Part shown: positions 19,409 through 29,953 of the stretch, piece after piece | How the letters are laid out: each line of letters starts with the position of its first letter | Position numbering within the stretch: the stretch's first letter is position 1 | Virus record (IMG/VR): IMGVR_UViG_3300038465_000039 | Location: 25,261-89,260 of that record | Length of the DNA stretch: 64,000 bases | Source: a virus | Strand: one strand, 5' to 3' | Translations under genes and position numbers: made by a program | Notes under the pieces: model-generated | The model's database searches: none | What the model was told of the DNA's origin: nothing | What the model saw: only the letters and a program-made list of their open reading frames with translations

Positions 19409-19464
19409 GTATACCTAAAGGTTAGGGTCTGCCGCATATCCTCCCTCGCCGCCTGCCTGTCAAG
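19409..19464 (-). promoter_or_regulatory. Leftward promoter and operator
   Basis: TTGACA-N17-GATATG; GTATACC-TAA-AGGTTAG at 19409-19425. Confidence 0.65.
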
Positions 19465-19515
19465 CCCTTGTGGGAAATAAAAAAGGTGTGGACGAAAGAA
19501 TTTATTTTTCTTGAA

Positions 19516-19616
19516 CGGGTACGCGGCGGATACGAAAACGCAAGCCCTTGGTTCTTCGTCTATTTTTTGGCCTCCGCGTACCTGGTGACCGCTTCGCGTA
19601 CCCGGTCGCGTACCGT
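19516..19616. repeat. CGTACC(CG) iteron-like array 1
   Basis: Inverted copy at 19516, direct copies at 19577, 19597, 19609; TTGACA at 19637. Confidence 0.65.
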
Positions 19617-20009
19617 TCGGTCCTGCTTTCTCGGTCTTGACAGACGTTCTCGCAATAGCGCATATCGCTTTCGCGCGCGGCCACACATTCCGATAGACCG
19701 GGCGCTCATCAAGAGCGCCAAACGGCACGATCGCAGGTCTTGTCTCTACAGTAACCTGTCTCTAATGAATCGTATGCGCGCGCGAGGGCGCGCTTCATCA
19801 ATCATGTCGGCAAAAACGTAAACCACCGGCTTGACGGTCGAAAATATACAGCGCACAAAACACCAGCGATTGATTCTCCCTCGATAGGTTCCATTCCCCC
19901 TTTTCACAGTTGCTGCGCCGGTTCCTATCCCCGGCCTGCATCGCCCCGGTCATCTGAATCAGTCGCCTTTTTCGTGATGGCCGGGGCAACTAATTGAGGG
20001 AGCATCACG

Positions 20010-20564
20010 ATGGGTAAGCGAACGACGATCGAGAGCGAAAAGTCTGCCACCGGTAAGGAAATCCGCCTGCCGGCGAAGACCACGATCAAGACCTTCAATT
20101 CGGCATTCGACGAAGCAAAAAACATTATCGACGATGCCAACGAGGTTTTGAAAACCGCCGCCGACGAAGCCAAGGCGAAGCACCTCAACCTTTGGGCTTA
20201 CAAGACCTGCAAGAAGCTGTTCGATGACTTCCATGCGGCCGAGAACGAGGCCCTCGCCGCGGAAAAGCTGGCGGTCAAACTCGCCAATTTCGACGAGTGC
20301 CGGAAGCATTTCGGGCTGGACGAGATCGCAAATTTGCAGGGCCGGCTCACGGGCATAGGTGAGATCGGCAGCAAAACCGACGTCAACGGTGTGCCGCGCG
20401 AAGTCGACGAAGATGGCGAAGAAGATCCCCGGCCATCGCATTTGAGACGACCCGGCGCCTCCGCTGCATCGGCGGTACAGGAAATGGCCGAAAAGGCCGG
20501 AGCTACGATCCCGCCGAAAGATGATCCGATGAACTCCGTTGGGCGCGGCCCGAAGCCTCACTAA
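20010..20564 (+). CDS. Hypothetical protein, first gene of the rightward operon
   Basis: GAGGGAG RBS; helical N-terminal half. Confidence 0.7.
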   Translation: MGKRTTIESEKSATGKEIRLPAKTTIKTFNSAFDEAKNIIDDANEVLKTAADEAKAKHLNLWAYKTCKKLFDDFHAAENEALAAEKLAVKLANFDECRKHFGLDEIANLQGRLTGIGEIGSKTDVNGVPREVDEDGEEDPRPSHLRRPGASAASAVQEMAEKAGATIPPKDDPMNSVGRGPKPH

Positions 20565-20578
20565 AAGGAAATTCCATT

Positions 20579-21355
20579 ATGGGTGTGGAGCTTGGACAGA
20601 CGTTCGGGCATTGGACGGTTGTTGCCTTGGCGCGTGTGATAATCCCCTCGCAGCAGTTCTGGACTTGCGAGTGCAGCTGCGGCAATCGCAGAGATGTGAG
20701 GTCGGACAATCTTCTAAATGGTCGGTCTAGGCATTGCGGTTGTTCGAAATCTCCGCGATGGGAGGATTTGTCTGGCAAAGTTTACGGCCGGCTTACGGTA
20801 GTTGCTTTCGATCATGTCACGCCATACAGGCACGGCACGCGCACGTACTGGCGTTGCAAGTGTTCGTGCGGAACCGAAAAAATAATCCGGTCTGACGGGC
20901 TAAAGGGTGGTGATAATGTTTCGTGCGGCTGCAAAAAGGTCGAGCAGCTAACAACTCATGGTGACACGGGAACGCCAGAGCATTCTGCTTGGCTCGCGCT
21001 CTTCGACCGATGCCGCAATCCGAACAACGAATCTTTCAAGGACTATGGCGCGCGCGGCATCAACATCTGCGAACGATGGGAAAATTACGAGAATTTCTTA
21101 GCTGACATGGGTCGTAAGCCTACGCCGAAGCACTCGATTGAGCGAGTACGCAATAACGACGGTTACCAGCCAGATAATTGCGTTTGGCTCCCTATGCGAG
21201 AGCAATCCTACAATCGAAGAACAACGAAAATGACGGTCGAGAAGGCCGCTGCTGTTAGGTCGCGGGCTTGTGAATCGCAGCGTGTTCTCGCAGAGGAATT
21301 TGGCGTAAGCCAGGGCACGATATCTCGAATTTTACTGGGGCAGTCATGGCTCTGA
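20579..21355 (+). CDS. HNH-type homing endonuclease with CxCxCG repeats
   Basis: WTCECSCG, WRCKCSCG, YGARGINICERW, HSIERVRNNDGYQPDNCVW. Confidence 0.85.
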   Translation: MGVELGQTFGHWTVVALARVIIPSQQFWTCECSCGNRRDVRSDNLLNGRSRHCGCSKSPRWEDLSGKVYGRLTVVAFDHVTPYRHGTRTYWRCKCSCGTEKIIRSDGLKGGDNVSCGCKKVEQLTTHGDTGTPEHSAWLALFDRCRNPNNESFKDYGARGINICERWENYENFLADMGRKPTPKHSIERVRNNDGYQPDNCVWLPMREQSYNRRTTKMTVEKAAAVRSRACESQRVLAEEFGVSQGTISRILLGQSWL

Positions 21356-21903
21356 GATGTCTTGGCGTGGACCCCGGCGTCAACGGAAGTTGCGCGCTCT
21401 ATCTCGGTGAGGGCCTGATGCTCCCGCCCGAAGCGATCTTTGATATCCCCACTGTGGGCGACGGCAACAAGCGTGAAATCGACTATGCGCGCATGCGCGA
21501 CATGGTGTGGGCGCTGCGACCCGATGTAGCGTTTATCGAAGTGGTCAATGCTTTTCTGCCGAAGCGAGAAAACCCCGAGACAGGCGAGAAAGAAACCGTG
21601 AATTTTGGCGCAACATCCATGTTCCGGTTCGGGGGGGCGTATTATGCGGCGCGCGCCGTTATCTGCTGTCTGAACATTCCGCTTCGGTCGGTCGGGTCTC
21701 CGGAGTGGAAGGGCGGATTCGGGCTCAAAGGGGGAAAGGCAAACAAGGATGCTTCGCGCAAGCTGGTGATGCAGCGGTACCCGCAAACGGCTCCGTTCGT
21801 TTCGCTTGTGAAGCACGGAAACCGCGCTGAGGCTTGGCTGATCGCATGCTACGGCGCGCGCAAGATGCGACGGGAGAACGAAAATCTCGACATCCCCGAG
21901 TGA
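21346..21903 (+). CDS. RuvC-like Holliday junction resolvase
   Basis: LGVDPGVNG, AFIE, SMFRFG, PEWK, NRAEAWLIA. Confidence 0.8.
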   Translation: MALRCLGVDPGVNGSCALYLGEGLMLPPEAIFDIPTVGDGNKREIDYARMRDMVWALRPDVAFIEVVNAFLPKRENPETGEKETVNFGATSMFRFGGAYYAARAVICCLNIPLRSVGSPEWKGGFGLKGGKANKDASRKLVMQRYPQTAPFVSLVKHGNRAEAWLIACYGARKMRRENENLDIPE

Positions 21904-22176
21904 GAAACCGCGCGACATCGACTACGTGTTTGATTTCCTGATGGATCGAATCACGGATGGTCGGCGCCGGGCTCGTGCGGCGTGTCAGGAACCGACATGC
22001 GGTGCGCGGGAGCAGGGAGTGGTGATCAGTTGTTCGTCTGTGAATTGCGGGGAGAAACTCATGCACAGTGGATGGCGCCGGGAATTGCGGGCATGTTTGC
22101 TGCTACGCGGGATGGTGTTGGACCGGGAGCGGCAGGAAATTGAACGGGCCGCGCAAGCGGACAGGAAGGCGAAGCG

Positions 22177-23163
22177 GTGAAACCGGAAACCGACAAAGAG
22201 GAAGCGCACTGGACCCTTTTCGAGAAGTTGCTCGAAATGTGGGACAGCGACGCGCTGGTCAAGTTTTTCTACGCTGAGTATGAGCGCGGTCACGCCGCGG
22301 GCTATACCGCCGGCTACGAGGCCGCGCGCGCCGATATTCTTGCTGATCTCGAAACGGTCGCGAAGCGGACCAAGGCGCTGATGCCGCCGGCCGACCGCAA
22401 GCCTCTGGCGGTCACGGCGATGGAACCCATAGATAGGTCCGAAACGGACCAATCTGGGACAGCAGAAACGACCGTCGCGGGGGAGTGTGAAGCGCCCGAG
22501 GCTACCCAAGTAGCCCCCGAGCCCGAAAAACGCACCAGCGAGCCCCGCAGGCCCGAGGAACGGCCTCGTATTTCCCACGGAGTGGGCCGCGTGTCAGGAT
22601 ACGCAAGGCCGGAAGGCATCCCGTCGAATTTCGAAATGTGCCGGCTGGTCCTGATCGACGCCGGCCGCCCGTTGACCGCAACCGAGATCCGCGACTGCGT
22701 TAAGGTCCGATGGTGGCCCGATGTTCCGGCGGACTGGAAGTCGAGCCCGTTCGGGTTCTTGGGTTCAGGCAAGCTGAAAAAAGATGAAGACGGCAAGTTC
22801 ATCCTGCCGGATGACAAGCCTGTCGAGCGAAAGCCGACGCCGCAGGAGATCATCAACGCCGAGGTCGCCAAGCGCCAGGCACCGAAGCTTGGCCCTCCAG
22901 CCCGTCAGGACGGCGTAGATTTTTTATGGAACGGCAAGACGGTCACACTGCACCAGCGAGAGGCGACGATCGCGGTCCAGTTGCGGGCCGCGATGGGGAA
23001 GGGTCACCTCGACGCGAAGCTTTTGGCAAATTCGATCGGCATCAAGTCCGAGGCGGAATCGGTGATGCGGGATATGGTTTCGATCCTGAACCCGAAGATC
23101 GCGGAGGTCGGTTTGCGTGTGGACTACTTCAAGGGGTTCGGCTTCATCATGAAGGAAGTTTGA
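22177..23163 (+). CDS. Hypothetical protein with winged-helix-like domains
   Basis: VLIDAGRPLTATEIRD; C-terminal LNPKIAEVGL...KGFGFIM. Confidence 0.6.
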   Translation: MKPETDKEEAHWTLFEKLLEMWDSDALVKFFYAEYERGHAAGYTAGYEAARADILADLETVAKRTKALMPPADRKPLAVTAMEPIDRSETDQSGTAETTVAGECEAPEATQVAPEPEKRTSEPRRPEERPRISHGVGRVSGYARPEGIPSNFEMCRLVLIDAGRPLTATEIRDCVKVRWWPDVPADWKSSPFGFLGSGKLKKDEDGKFILPDDKPVERKPTPQEIINAEVAKRQAPKLGPPARQDGVDFLWNGKTVTLHQREATIAVQLRAAMGKGHLDAKLLANSIGIKSEAESVMRDMVSILNPKIAEVGLRVDYFKGFGFIMKEV

Positions 23164-23166
23164 ACC

Positions 23167-23703
23167 GTGGGGAAAAGAAGCTCATTCGAGCGCGTCCCTC
23201 AAGATAAGTACATGACGACGGACCCATGGCCGGTTCGCCGATTGCAGGCGCATCTTCCGTCACGAATGATCTTTGCAGAACCATGTGCAGGCAACGGCGA
23301 TATCATAAAATCAATGGAGTGGTTCGGTCACCGCTGCGCTTATGCATGCGACATCAAACCCGGCAAAAAGACAATCGAGAAGCGCGATGCACTGACGCTT
23401 GATGGGCGATGGCGCCGGGGATCAGGCGCGGCGATGTTCGTGACGAACTTGCCCTGGTCACGTGAGGTACTTCACCCGCTGATTGATCATCTGTCCGCGC
23501 TGTTGCCGCTCTGGACAATTCTTGATGCTGATTACATGCACACCAAGCAAGGTGCTCCCTACATCGATAAGTGCCGTCAGATCGTCAGCATCGGCCGCGT
23601 GAAGTGGATCGAGGGCAGCGACGGCGGCGGGATGGAAAACTCTTGCTGGTATCTGTTCGACGCCAAGCATACCGGCGGCCCTAGATTCATGGGGTTGGTC
23701 TGA
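23167..23703 (+). CDS. Small SAM-dependent DNA methyltransferase-like protein
   Basis: DKYMT, EPCAGNG motif I, VTNLPW (NPPW variant). Confidence 0.7.
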   Translation: MGKRSSFERVPQDKYMTTDPWPVRRLQAHLPSRMIFAEPCAGNGDIIKSMEWFGHRCAYACDIKPGKKTIEKRDALTLDGRWRRGSGAAMFVTNLPWSREVLHPLIDHLSALLPLWTILDADYMHTKQGAPYIDKCRQIVSIGRVKWIEGSDGGGMENSCWYLFDAKHTGGPRFMGLV

Positions 23704-25034
23704 TGGCGGTCAAGATCATCGTCGGCGATTCCCGCGAGCAATTGAAACTTCTCGCCAGCGAATCCGTGCACGAGATCGTCACCTCGCCGCCCTATTGGGG
23801 CCTGCGCGATTACGGCGTCGCCGGCCAGATCGGATTAGAGGAAACGCCGCAGGCCTTTGTCGCCGAGATGGTGGCGCTGTTTGCCGAACTGCGCCGGGTG
23901 CTGCGCGCCGACGGCACGCTGTGGCTCAATCTCGGGGACAGTTATGCCACCGGCACGACTTCGGATCGTAATCCGACGGCAACCGGAAAACACGGTTACT
24001 GGGAAAACCCGGCCATCAATAAACGAATTGACGGGCGAGCCTATGGCCTCAAACCCAAAGACCTAGTCGGCATTCCCTGGATGGTGGCCTTTGCCTTGCG
24101 CGCCGATGGCTGGTATCTGCGGCAGGACATCATCTGGCACAAGCCCAATCCGATGCCGGAAAGCGTCACCGACCGCTGCACCAAGGCGCATGAATACCTG
24201 TTCCTGCTCTCGAAAAGCGAACGGTATTTTTACGATGCGGACGCAATCGCTGAACCGGCTTCGGAGAATACGCATTCCCGCGGCACCAAGCTAGTGACGC
24301 CCAAGAGCGCGCCGGAAGATTCGATGGTGCGCGCCAAGGAAAGCTGGCACGCCTCGACCGGCGATCACGTTTCCACCCGCAACAAGCGCAGCGTCTGGAC
24401 CGTGGCCACGGCCCCCTTTGCCCAGGCCCATTTTGCCACCTTCCCGCCGGCACTGATCGAGCCCGCGATTCGGGCCGGCACATCCGAGCGCGGCTGCTGC
24501 GTGGCCTGCGGCACGCCGTGGATCAGGATCGTTGCCCGCTCGCGTTCGAATGAAAGCGGTTCGGGCCGTAGCGGCAAAAACCCGGCCGGCAAGGGCGGTC
24601 CCAACGCGCAGCACGCCGGCAGCGACGATGATATCCGAAACGGCCCCGTGATCACTACCTCGACGCTCGGCTGGTATCCGACCTGTGACCACGATGGCCT
24701 CGCTCCGCTGCCCGCCTATCCCGACAAACCCGGCCGCGGCGACGACGACGGCCTTGAGGTGGAAGCGGCCCACGATGCAGCGACAGCGCTGTGGCGCGCC
24801 CAATGCCGCGAGGTCGACGAGAAGCGGCGAGCGCTGTGCGAGATCTCCGCGCGCCTCATCACCGCGCCCTGCACCGTGCTCGACCCCTTCGGCGGCGCCG
24901 GCACCACCGCGCTCGTCGCCGATCGTAACCAGCGCCACGCCATCCTGATCGAACTCAATCCCGAATATGCCGCGATGGCCCGCCGCCGCATCGATGGCGA
25001 CGCGCCGCTATTCGCCGGTGTGGATCATCCCTGA
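23703..25034 (+). CDS. N4-C/N6-A DNA methyltransferase (beta class) with large insertion
   Basis: TSPPYW, IIWHKPNPMPESV, HFATFP, VLDPFGGAGTT, IELNPEY. Confidence 0.92.
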   Translation: MAVKIIVGDSREQLKLLASESVHEIVTSPPYWGLRDYGVAGQIGLEETPQAFVAEMVALFAELRRVLRADGTLWLNLGDSYATGTTSDRNPTATGKHGYWENPAINKRIDGRAYGLKPKDLVGIPWMVAFALRADGWYLRQDIIWHKPNPMPESVTDRCTKAHEYLFLLSKSERYFYDADAIAEPASENTHSRGTKLVTPKSAPEDSMVRAKESWHASTGDHVSTRNKRSVWTVATAPFAQAHFATFPPALIEPAIRAGTSERGCCVACGTPWIRIVARSRSNESGSGRSGKNPAGKGGPNAQHAGSDDDIRNGPVITTSTLGWYPTCDHDGLAPLPAYPDKPGRGDDDGLEVEAAHDAATALWRAQCREVDEKRRALCEISARLITAPCTVLDPFGGAGTTALVADRNQRHAILIELNPEYAAMARRRIDGDAPLFAGVDHP

Positions 25035-27520
25035 TGGCCTTCGATCCCCGCCAACTCGACGAGATACGGAGGCGCGTTCGCGTCAGCGATGTGGTCGGCT
25101 CTGTATTTCCGCTCATCAAAAAGGGGAATGAATTTGTCGTCAAAGGCAACGAGTCGTTCACGGTCAACGATGCGAAACAAGTGTGGTGCGAATTCGGATC
25201 AGGCGGCGACGGAAAGGGCCACGACGTCTTCGAATTTCTCGTCCAGAACCAAGGGCTATCGTTCCCCGAAGCGGTCGAAGAACTCGCCAGACAAGCCGGC
25301 GTCTCCCTCAAGGACGGACCTGGACGGAGTCCTGCTTCGTCTAATGGCGCTGGAACTGCATCGGCATCCCACGCTCGAATTAACGGAAGCGGAGCGGAGA
25401 GCTCGCCGACAGGTCGAGACGATAGGCCTGACAATGGTCTGGGAAAAGCTGCAGGCGGCAAGCGTGAAGTCATAGCGACATGGGATTATCTCGATCCGGA
25501 AAACACGCTGCTTTACCAAACAGTGCGCATGCAGGAACGGATGCCGGATGGCAGTTGGCGTCTTACAAAAGATCGCAAAATCTGGAAAACCTTTTTGCAG
25601 CGCCGACCGGCACCGACGCCGGGCGAATGGATTCTTGGTCTTGATGTCGTCGATCGAGAAACAGGCGAACCTCTTGAGTTTTTGAAGACGGCGACCGGTA
25701 CTGCATGGCTACGCGTAACCGATGAACGTCTGAAGTGGAACAACACTACACGGGCAACGTTCGCCGATCTCGGTAACGTCGAGCACTGGCTATACAATGC
25801 AAATGCAGTGATCGACGAACTCCAGGAACCGAGGGACGACCAGCGGACTATTTTCTGTCCCGAAGGAGAAGGAAAGGTCGATGTCCTGAAAGAGTGGGGT
25901 TTGCTTGCCGTAACCAATTCCGGCGGTGCAAAGCATTTCACCACCGCCTGCGCAGAATTCTTTAGGGGCGCAAGGCACGTCGTCATTCTACAGGACAATG
26001 ATCGCGCCGGCGCCGAGGGAGCGGCCAAGAAAGCCGCGATGCTGAAAGCTGTCGGCGTTGAACTGATACAGGCGTTGAATTTTCGCGATGTCTGGCCCAG
26101 TTGTCCGATGAAGGGCGACGTCAAGGACTGGCGCGACCATGGCGGCACAAAGGATCAGTTGCTCGAGATCGTTGACGATCTGAAGCCATGGACTCCGGAA
26201 CCCTACAAATTCAGATACGGAGCAAAGACCGCAGCCGATCTGGATGACAAACCGAAGCAGTATCCCTGGCGGATTAAATTTCTGGTGCCGCGGAATGTCG
26301 ATACGCTTATCATGGGGCCGAGCAAATCGGGGAAGACATTCGAGACGCTGAATATGTGCATGCATGTCCACTTCGGAAAGGATTACGCGGGCCGACGTGT
26401 TGAACAGGGCGGTGTTGTCTATTTGACTTATGAGGGATCTGAAGGTTTCGAAAACAGATTCCGCGCCTACATGCAGCACAACGATTTAACCAAGGCTGAT
26501 CTTCATTCGTTTGCATGGTTGACGCGACCGCCTGGCCTTTATGCGAGCGAGGATGATGCTAAGGGTGTAGCGCAGGAAATATCCGAGATCGCCAAGACCT
26601 TCCGTCTTCCGCTGTCTCATTCAGTGATCGATACTCATAACGCGGCGACCCGGGGATCGAGCGAGATCAAGAGCGAGGATTTGAACCGCATCCAGAATAA
26701 TTACGGGACCGTTCGAACCATCACGGGTTGCCCTCTCTGGATCGTCGGTCATACAAATCAGGAAGGCCGGCACCGCGGCAACGAACAGTTTTTCAACGGC
26801 ATCGATGCCGCGCTGTTGATACGCAGGCTCTACACCGATGAGAAAAAAAAGATCGAAAAGCGCGATGATGATAGGCGCGTCATTCGCCGATTGAGTTCCG
26901 ACAAACAGCGCGATGGCGACGACAACGTGAGCGTCGATTTTGTGTTGCAGCGGGTTGTAATCGGTAAGGACGAATTCGGTGACGATATCCCGTCGATGGT
27001 ATCGACTGAACCGGCGCAGAGCGTGCCGGACAGTGTTGTAGAGGAGACTACCCGGAAAGCTGAATGGCTCGACGGGGAATATCTGATGGGGAGCAATCTG
27101 GATGTCTTCCAGGCGTTGCTGCGCAGCCTTGCAAAATCCGGACAGCCGCCTCCAAAAGAACTCGGATTGTCAAATGTCCCATTGGTGGTCGAATGGTCGC
27201 ATCTCGGCAGAGAGTATAAGAAGACCGATCCGCGCGAACAGGATGAACCGATTGATAAATATCAAAATCGCATGAAGGCGAGGACGCGGCGATTCCGTGC
27301 TGACCTGCTTAGAAAAAAGGTTATAGGGGTCGCCGAGATGATCGATCCATCAGCCGTCAACGAGAATCCGGAGAAGCCGATGATGATGCATTTTATCTGG
27401 CCGACTGGACGAAGGGTTTATGGTAAAGGCCTGCAGTGGCCGCCATTGCCGAAAAAGAAAAAGGAGCAGCCGATGATTCTGGCTCCTGGCGAAACCGAAG
27501 ACGATCTTCCTCCCATATAA
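25034..27520 (+). CDS. Primase-helicase (DnaG-like N-terminus, TOPRIM, AAA_25 ATPase)
   Basis: PEGEGKVD, QDNDRAG, GDVKDW; GPSKSGKT, VIDT, IVGHT. Confidence 0.85.
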   Translation: MAFDPRQLDEIRRRVRVSDVVGSVFPLIKKGNEFVVKGNESFTVNDAKQVWCEFGSGGDGKGHDVFEFLVQNQGLSFPEAVEELARQAGVSLKDGPGRSPASSNGAGTASASHARINGSGAESSPTGRDDRPDNGLGKAAGGKREVIATWDYLDPENTLLYQTVRMQERMPDGSWRLTKDRKIWKTFLQRRPAPTPGEWILGLDVVDRETGEPLEFLKTATGTAWLRVTDERLKWNNTTRATFADLGNVEHWLYNANAVIDELQEPRDDQRTIFCPEGEGKVDVLKEWGLLAVTNSGGAKHFTTACAEFFRGARHVVILQDNDRAGAEGAAKKAAMLKAVGVELIQALNFRDVWPSCPMKGDVKDWRDHGGTKDQLLEIVDDLKPWTPEPYKFRYGAKTAADLDDKPKQYPWRIKFLVPRNVDTLIMGPSKSGKTFETLNMCMHVHFGKDYAGRRVEQGGVVYLTYEGSEGFENRFRAYMQHNDLTKADLHSFAWLTRPPGLYASEDDAKGVAQEISEIAKTFRLPLSHSVIDTHNAATRGSSEIKSEDLNRIQNNYGTVRTITGCPLWIVGHTNQEGRHRGNEQFFNGIDAALLIRRLYTDEKKKIEKRDDDRRVIRRLSSDKQRDGDDNVSVDFVLQRVVIGKDEFGDDIPSMVSTEPAQSVPDSVVEETTRKAEWLDGEYLMGSNLDVFQALLRSLAKSGQPPPKELGLSNVPLVVEWSHLGREYKKTDPREQDEPIDKYQNRMKARTRRFRADLLRKKVIGVAEMIDPSAVNENPEKPMMMHFIWPTGRRVYGKGLQWPPLPKKKKEQPMILAPGETEDDLPPI

Positions 27521-27527
27521 AATCACA

Positions 27528-28049
27528 GTGCATGCAGAACCCCAAATGATAATCAAAGAGACGGTGGCAGGCGTGGCGGCGGATGGTGACCGTCCGTCCG
27601 GTCACGGCAGGATGCTAGGCAAGGCTCTGGCGCTGATTGCTGAGATTGGCCGCCGAGATGCGCCGATGCCAATCCCTGATACTTGCCTCACCTGTGCCTT
27701 CCGCGAAGGGACGATGCCCAATCAAACGGCTGGCACGGGCGTGATGGCGCTCAATTGCGTGCTGCGGATCGACCTTGACCGATTTGCATGCCATCACGGG
27801 ATGAAGGAAGGCGAGCCGCAGAAACTCTGTGCGGGTTACATCGCCGCGATGCTTGCGCCATTTTCGCAAGTGAGGGAAATCTTGGCCGCATTTCACAATG
27901 AACTCGGCACCATTGAAGATTCGACGGACGATGAGGTGCGCACGGCCTTCGATACATGGTTGAGCCTCGCTGATCCCGAGCGTCGGCTGGACGTTTATCA
28001 GGCCGCTCGTGAGTATGCCAAAAGTCAGATGCACGGTGATGATCAGTAG
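27528..28049 (+). CDS. Cys-rich hypothetical protein
   Basis: CLTCAFR...FACHH...LCAG; start uncertain. Confidence 0.55.
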   Translation: MHAEPQMIIKETVAGVAADGDRPSGHGRMLGKALALIAEIGRRDAPMPIPDTCLTCAFREGTMPNQTAGTGVMALNCVLRIDLDRFACHHGMKEGEPQKLCAGYIAAMLAPFSQVREILAAFHNELGTIEDSTDDEVRTAFDTWLSLADPERRLDVYQAAREYAKSQMHGDDQ

Positions 28050-28066
28050 ATTGTGGACAGAGAACC

Positions 28067-28924
28067 ATGAGGGTACAAAAAATGCAGGGGTTGACCAGCA
28101 TGAAGACTGATTCCGAGGATGTCCAAAAGGCGGTCCTCGAAGACCGCAAGCGCCGGCGCCTTGGGCTCGCCGCCGAAATGAAACAACTCGGAAAACACAA
28201 AAAGCGAATCAAGTTCAGATTGGTCGAGGGACGCTCCTGGCCGATCGATGTTGCCACTGGCGAGAATGCGGATATCGATCGCGAAGACGTCATGGCGTCG
28301 TTACCGGACGATATGAAGGCGCTGGTTGGTGACGTCGATGAAAAGATGCAGGCCATGCGCGTCGAGGCCGACAAGCACCAATCGTTTACCGAGGATACCG
28401 TGCAGGTTGACGAAGGAGTGCTTTTGCGCCGGCGGGCCGAGCGTGAGGCAGAACTTGAATCGCGCTCCAAGATACGAGGCGAGAAATGGACGCCGGAACT
28501 CGTCGAGGCGAGACTGGAAGACGCCTATCGCACGCTGTTTCGATCAAGCATCGGCGGTACGGGACCGCGTCCATTCGGCAATGCGATGCCGGCAATCATT
28601 AAGGAAGTCTCCGATCTCGTGCACCAGGCCGGCAACAAATCGCTTCGTAATGCGATTGCTCACAGGTTCAAGGGAGTACCATCGACTGAAGAAGTCCGGC
28701 GAGCTAACGAGGCCTTGGCGTGGGCAACTGAATATCTATTAACCGAGCATCCCGATCTGCCTGGGTTCGTTCAGTTGTCGGCTTTATGGAAGGCATGGGG
28801 CGCCAAGATCAGTAAAAAGTGTGAGACTCACGGCATCAATCGACAGGCGTTTTATCGCGATCGAAAGATAGCGTTGCAGCTGATTGTCGATGGGTTGATA
28901 CGAAGCGGGAAGGCGCCGACGTGA
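28067..28924 (+). CDS. Putative transcriptional regulator (DUF6362-like C-terminus)
   Basis: WTPELVEARLEDAYRTL...EALAW...HTH-like end. Confidence 0.55.
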   Translation: MRVQKMQGLTSMKTDSEDVQKAVLEDRKRRRLGLAAEMKQLGKHKKRIKFRLVEGRSWPIDVATGENADIDREDVMASLPDDMKALVGDVDEKMQAMRVEADKHQSFTEDTVQVDEGVLLRRRAEREAELESRSKIRGEKWTPELVEARLEDAYRTLFRSSIGGTGPRPFGNAMPAIIKEVSDLVHQAGNKSLRNAIAHRFKGVPSTEEVRRANEALAWATEYLLTEHPDLPGFVQLSALWKAWGAKISKKCETHGINRQAFYRDRKIALQLIVDGLIRSGKAPT

Positions 28925-29760
28925 GGCTTATTCGAGTCTTCCCGCGTATCACCAAGGCAACGCCGCGAGATGATCTTGCGCGTTTCGGCCCTCCAACTTT
29001 ATTCGACGAGGCTGACGAGGTTCATGTGTCGGTAACGTTCAGCGAGGATAAGATGATCGCAGAACATCTTGCTGAGCAATGGAAGCACGTCGCGCCGGTC
29101 AAAATCGGTGGCGTTGCCTACGACGACGATTCGCTCGAATTTATTCCGGGTCGCTATATCGGCCCCGGCTATACCATCACGTCGCGCGGATGTCCGCGCA
29201 AGTGCTGGTTCTGCGGCGTCTGGAAAAAATGGCCGACCGTCAACCCCATGACGATCTACCCCGGATGGAACGTTCTGGATGACAACCTGCTCGCCGCGCC
29301 GCGCTGGCACGTGGAGGCGGTATTCGAGATGCTGCGCCAATACGACCGCAAGCAGCGCGTGACGTTCACAGGCGGCTTGGAAGCCCTCTCACTGCAGGAA
29401 TATCAAGTCGAACTACTCGCGAGCCTCCGGCCCAAGCCCGCAATGTTCTGGGCCTATGATCCCGGCGACGAATTCGAGACGCTAGAGCGCGCCGCGCGGT
29501 TGATGATCGAAGCAGGCTTTACCGCCGCATCGCATCGGCTCCGCGTCTATGTCTTGATAGGCTTTCCGAAAGACACCTTCGATCTGGCGGAAAAGCGCCT
29601 CAAGCAAATGATGAGCATCGGCCTGACACCGATGGCAATGCTGTGGTCGCCGGACAAGCCATCGCAAGAGCGATACCGACCTGCGCCGGAATGGCGTGCG
29701 TTCCAGCGCCGTTGGGCGCGACCGGCAATCATACATTCTGATCCTGAGTGCCATACATGA
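28921..29760 (+). CDS. Radical SAM protein
   Basis: TSRGCPRKCWFC (CxxxCxxC), LDDNLL, YVLIGF. Confidence 0.85.
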   Translation: MRLIRVFPRITKATPRDDLARFGPPTLFDEADEVHVSVTFSEDKMIAEHLAEQWKHVAPVKIGGVAYDDDSLEFIPGRYIGPGYTITSRGCPRKCWFCGVWKKWPTVNPMTIYPGWNVLDDNLLAAPRWHVEAVFEMLRQYDRKQRVTFTGGLEALSLQEYQVELLASLRPKPAMFWAYDPGDEFETLERAARLMIEAGFTAASHRLRVYVLIGFPKDTFDLAEKRLKQMMSIGLTPMAMLWSPDKPSQERYRPAPEWRAFQRRWARPAIIHSDPECHT

Positions 29761-29953
29761 AAAAACTCCAGAGGCTCTTGAAACTACATCAGGGCGGCGA
29801 AAAGTTTGTCCCCACTCCTATCTGCGAGTGCGTCGGCACTGCGCAGAGGATGCATGTTGACGGTCGATTTATGGGATGGACCGAAGGTAGGCGCGGTCCC
29901 AAAGGTGGTGTCTGCGGTGCTTGCGGCGGTGCGATTCCTGATGAGAGAGGCAA

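Noticed and set aside
20010-20564. GapR-like nucleoid protein
   Set aside because: Only a faint resemblance (EAKAKHLN); not enough to call without a profile search
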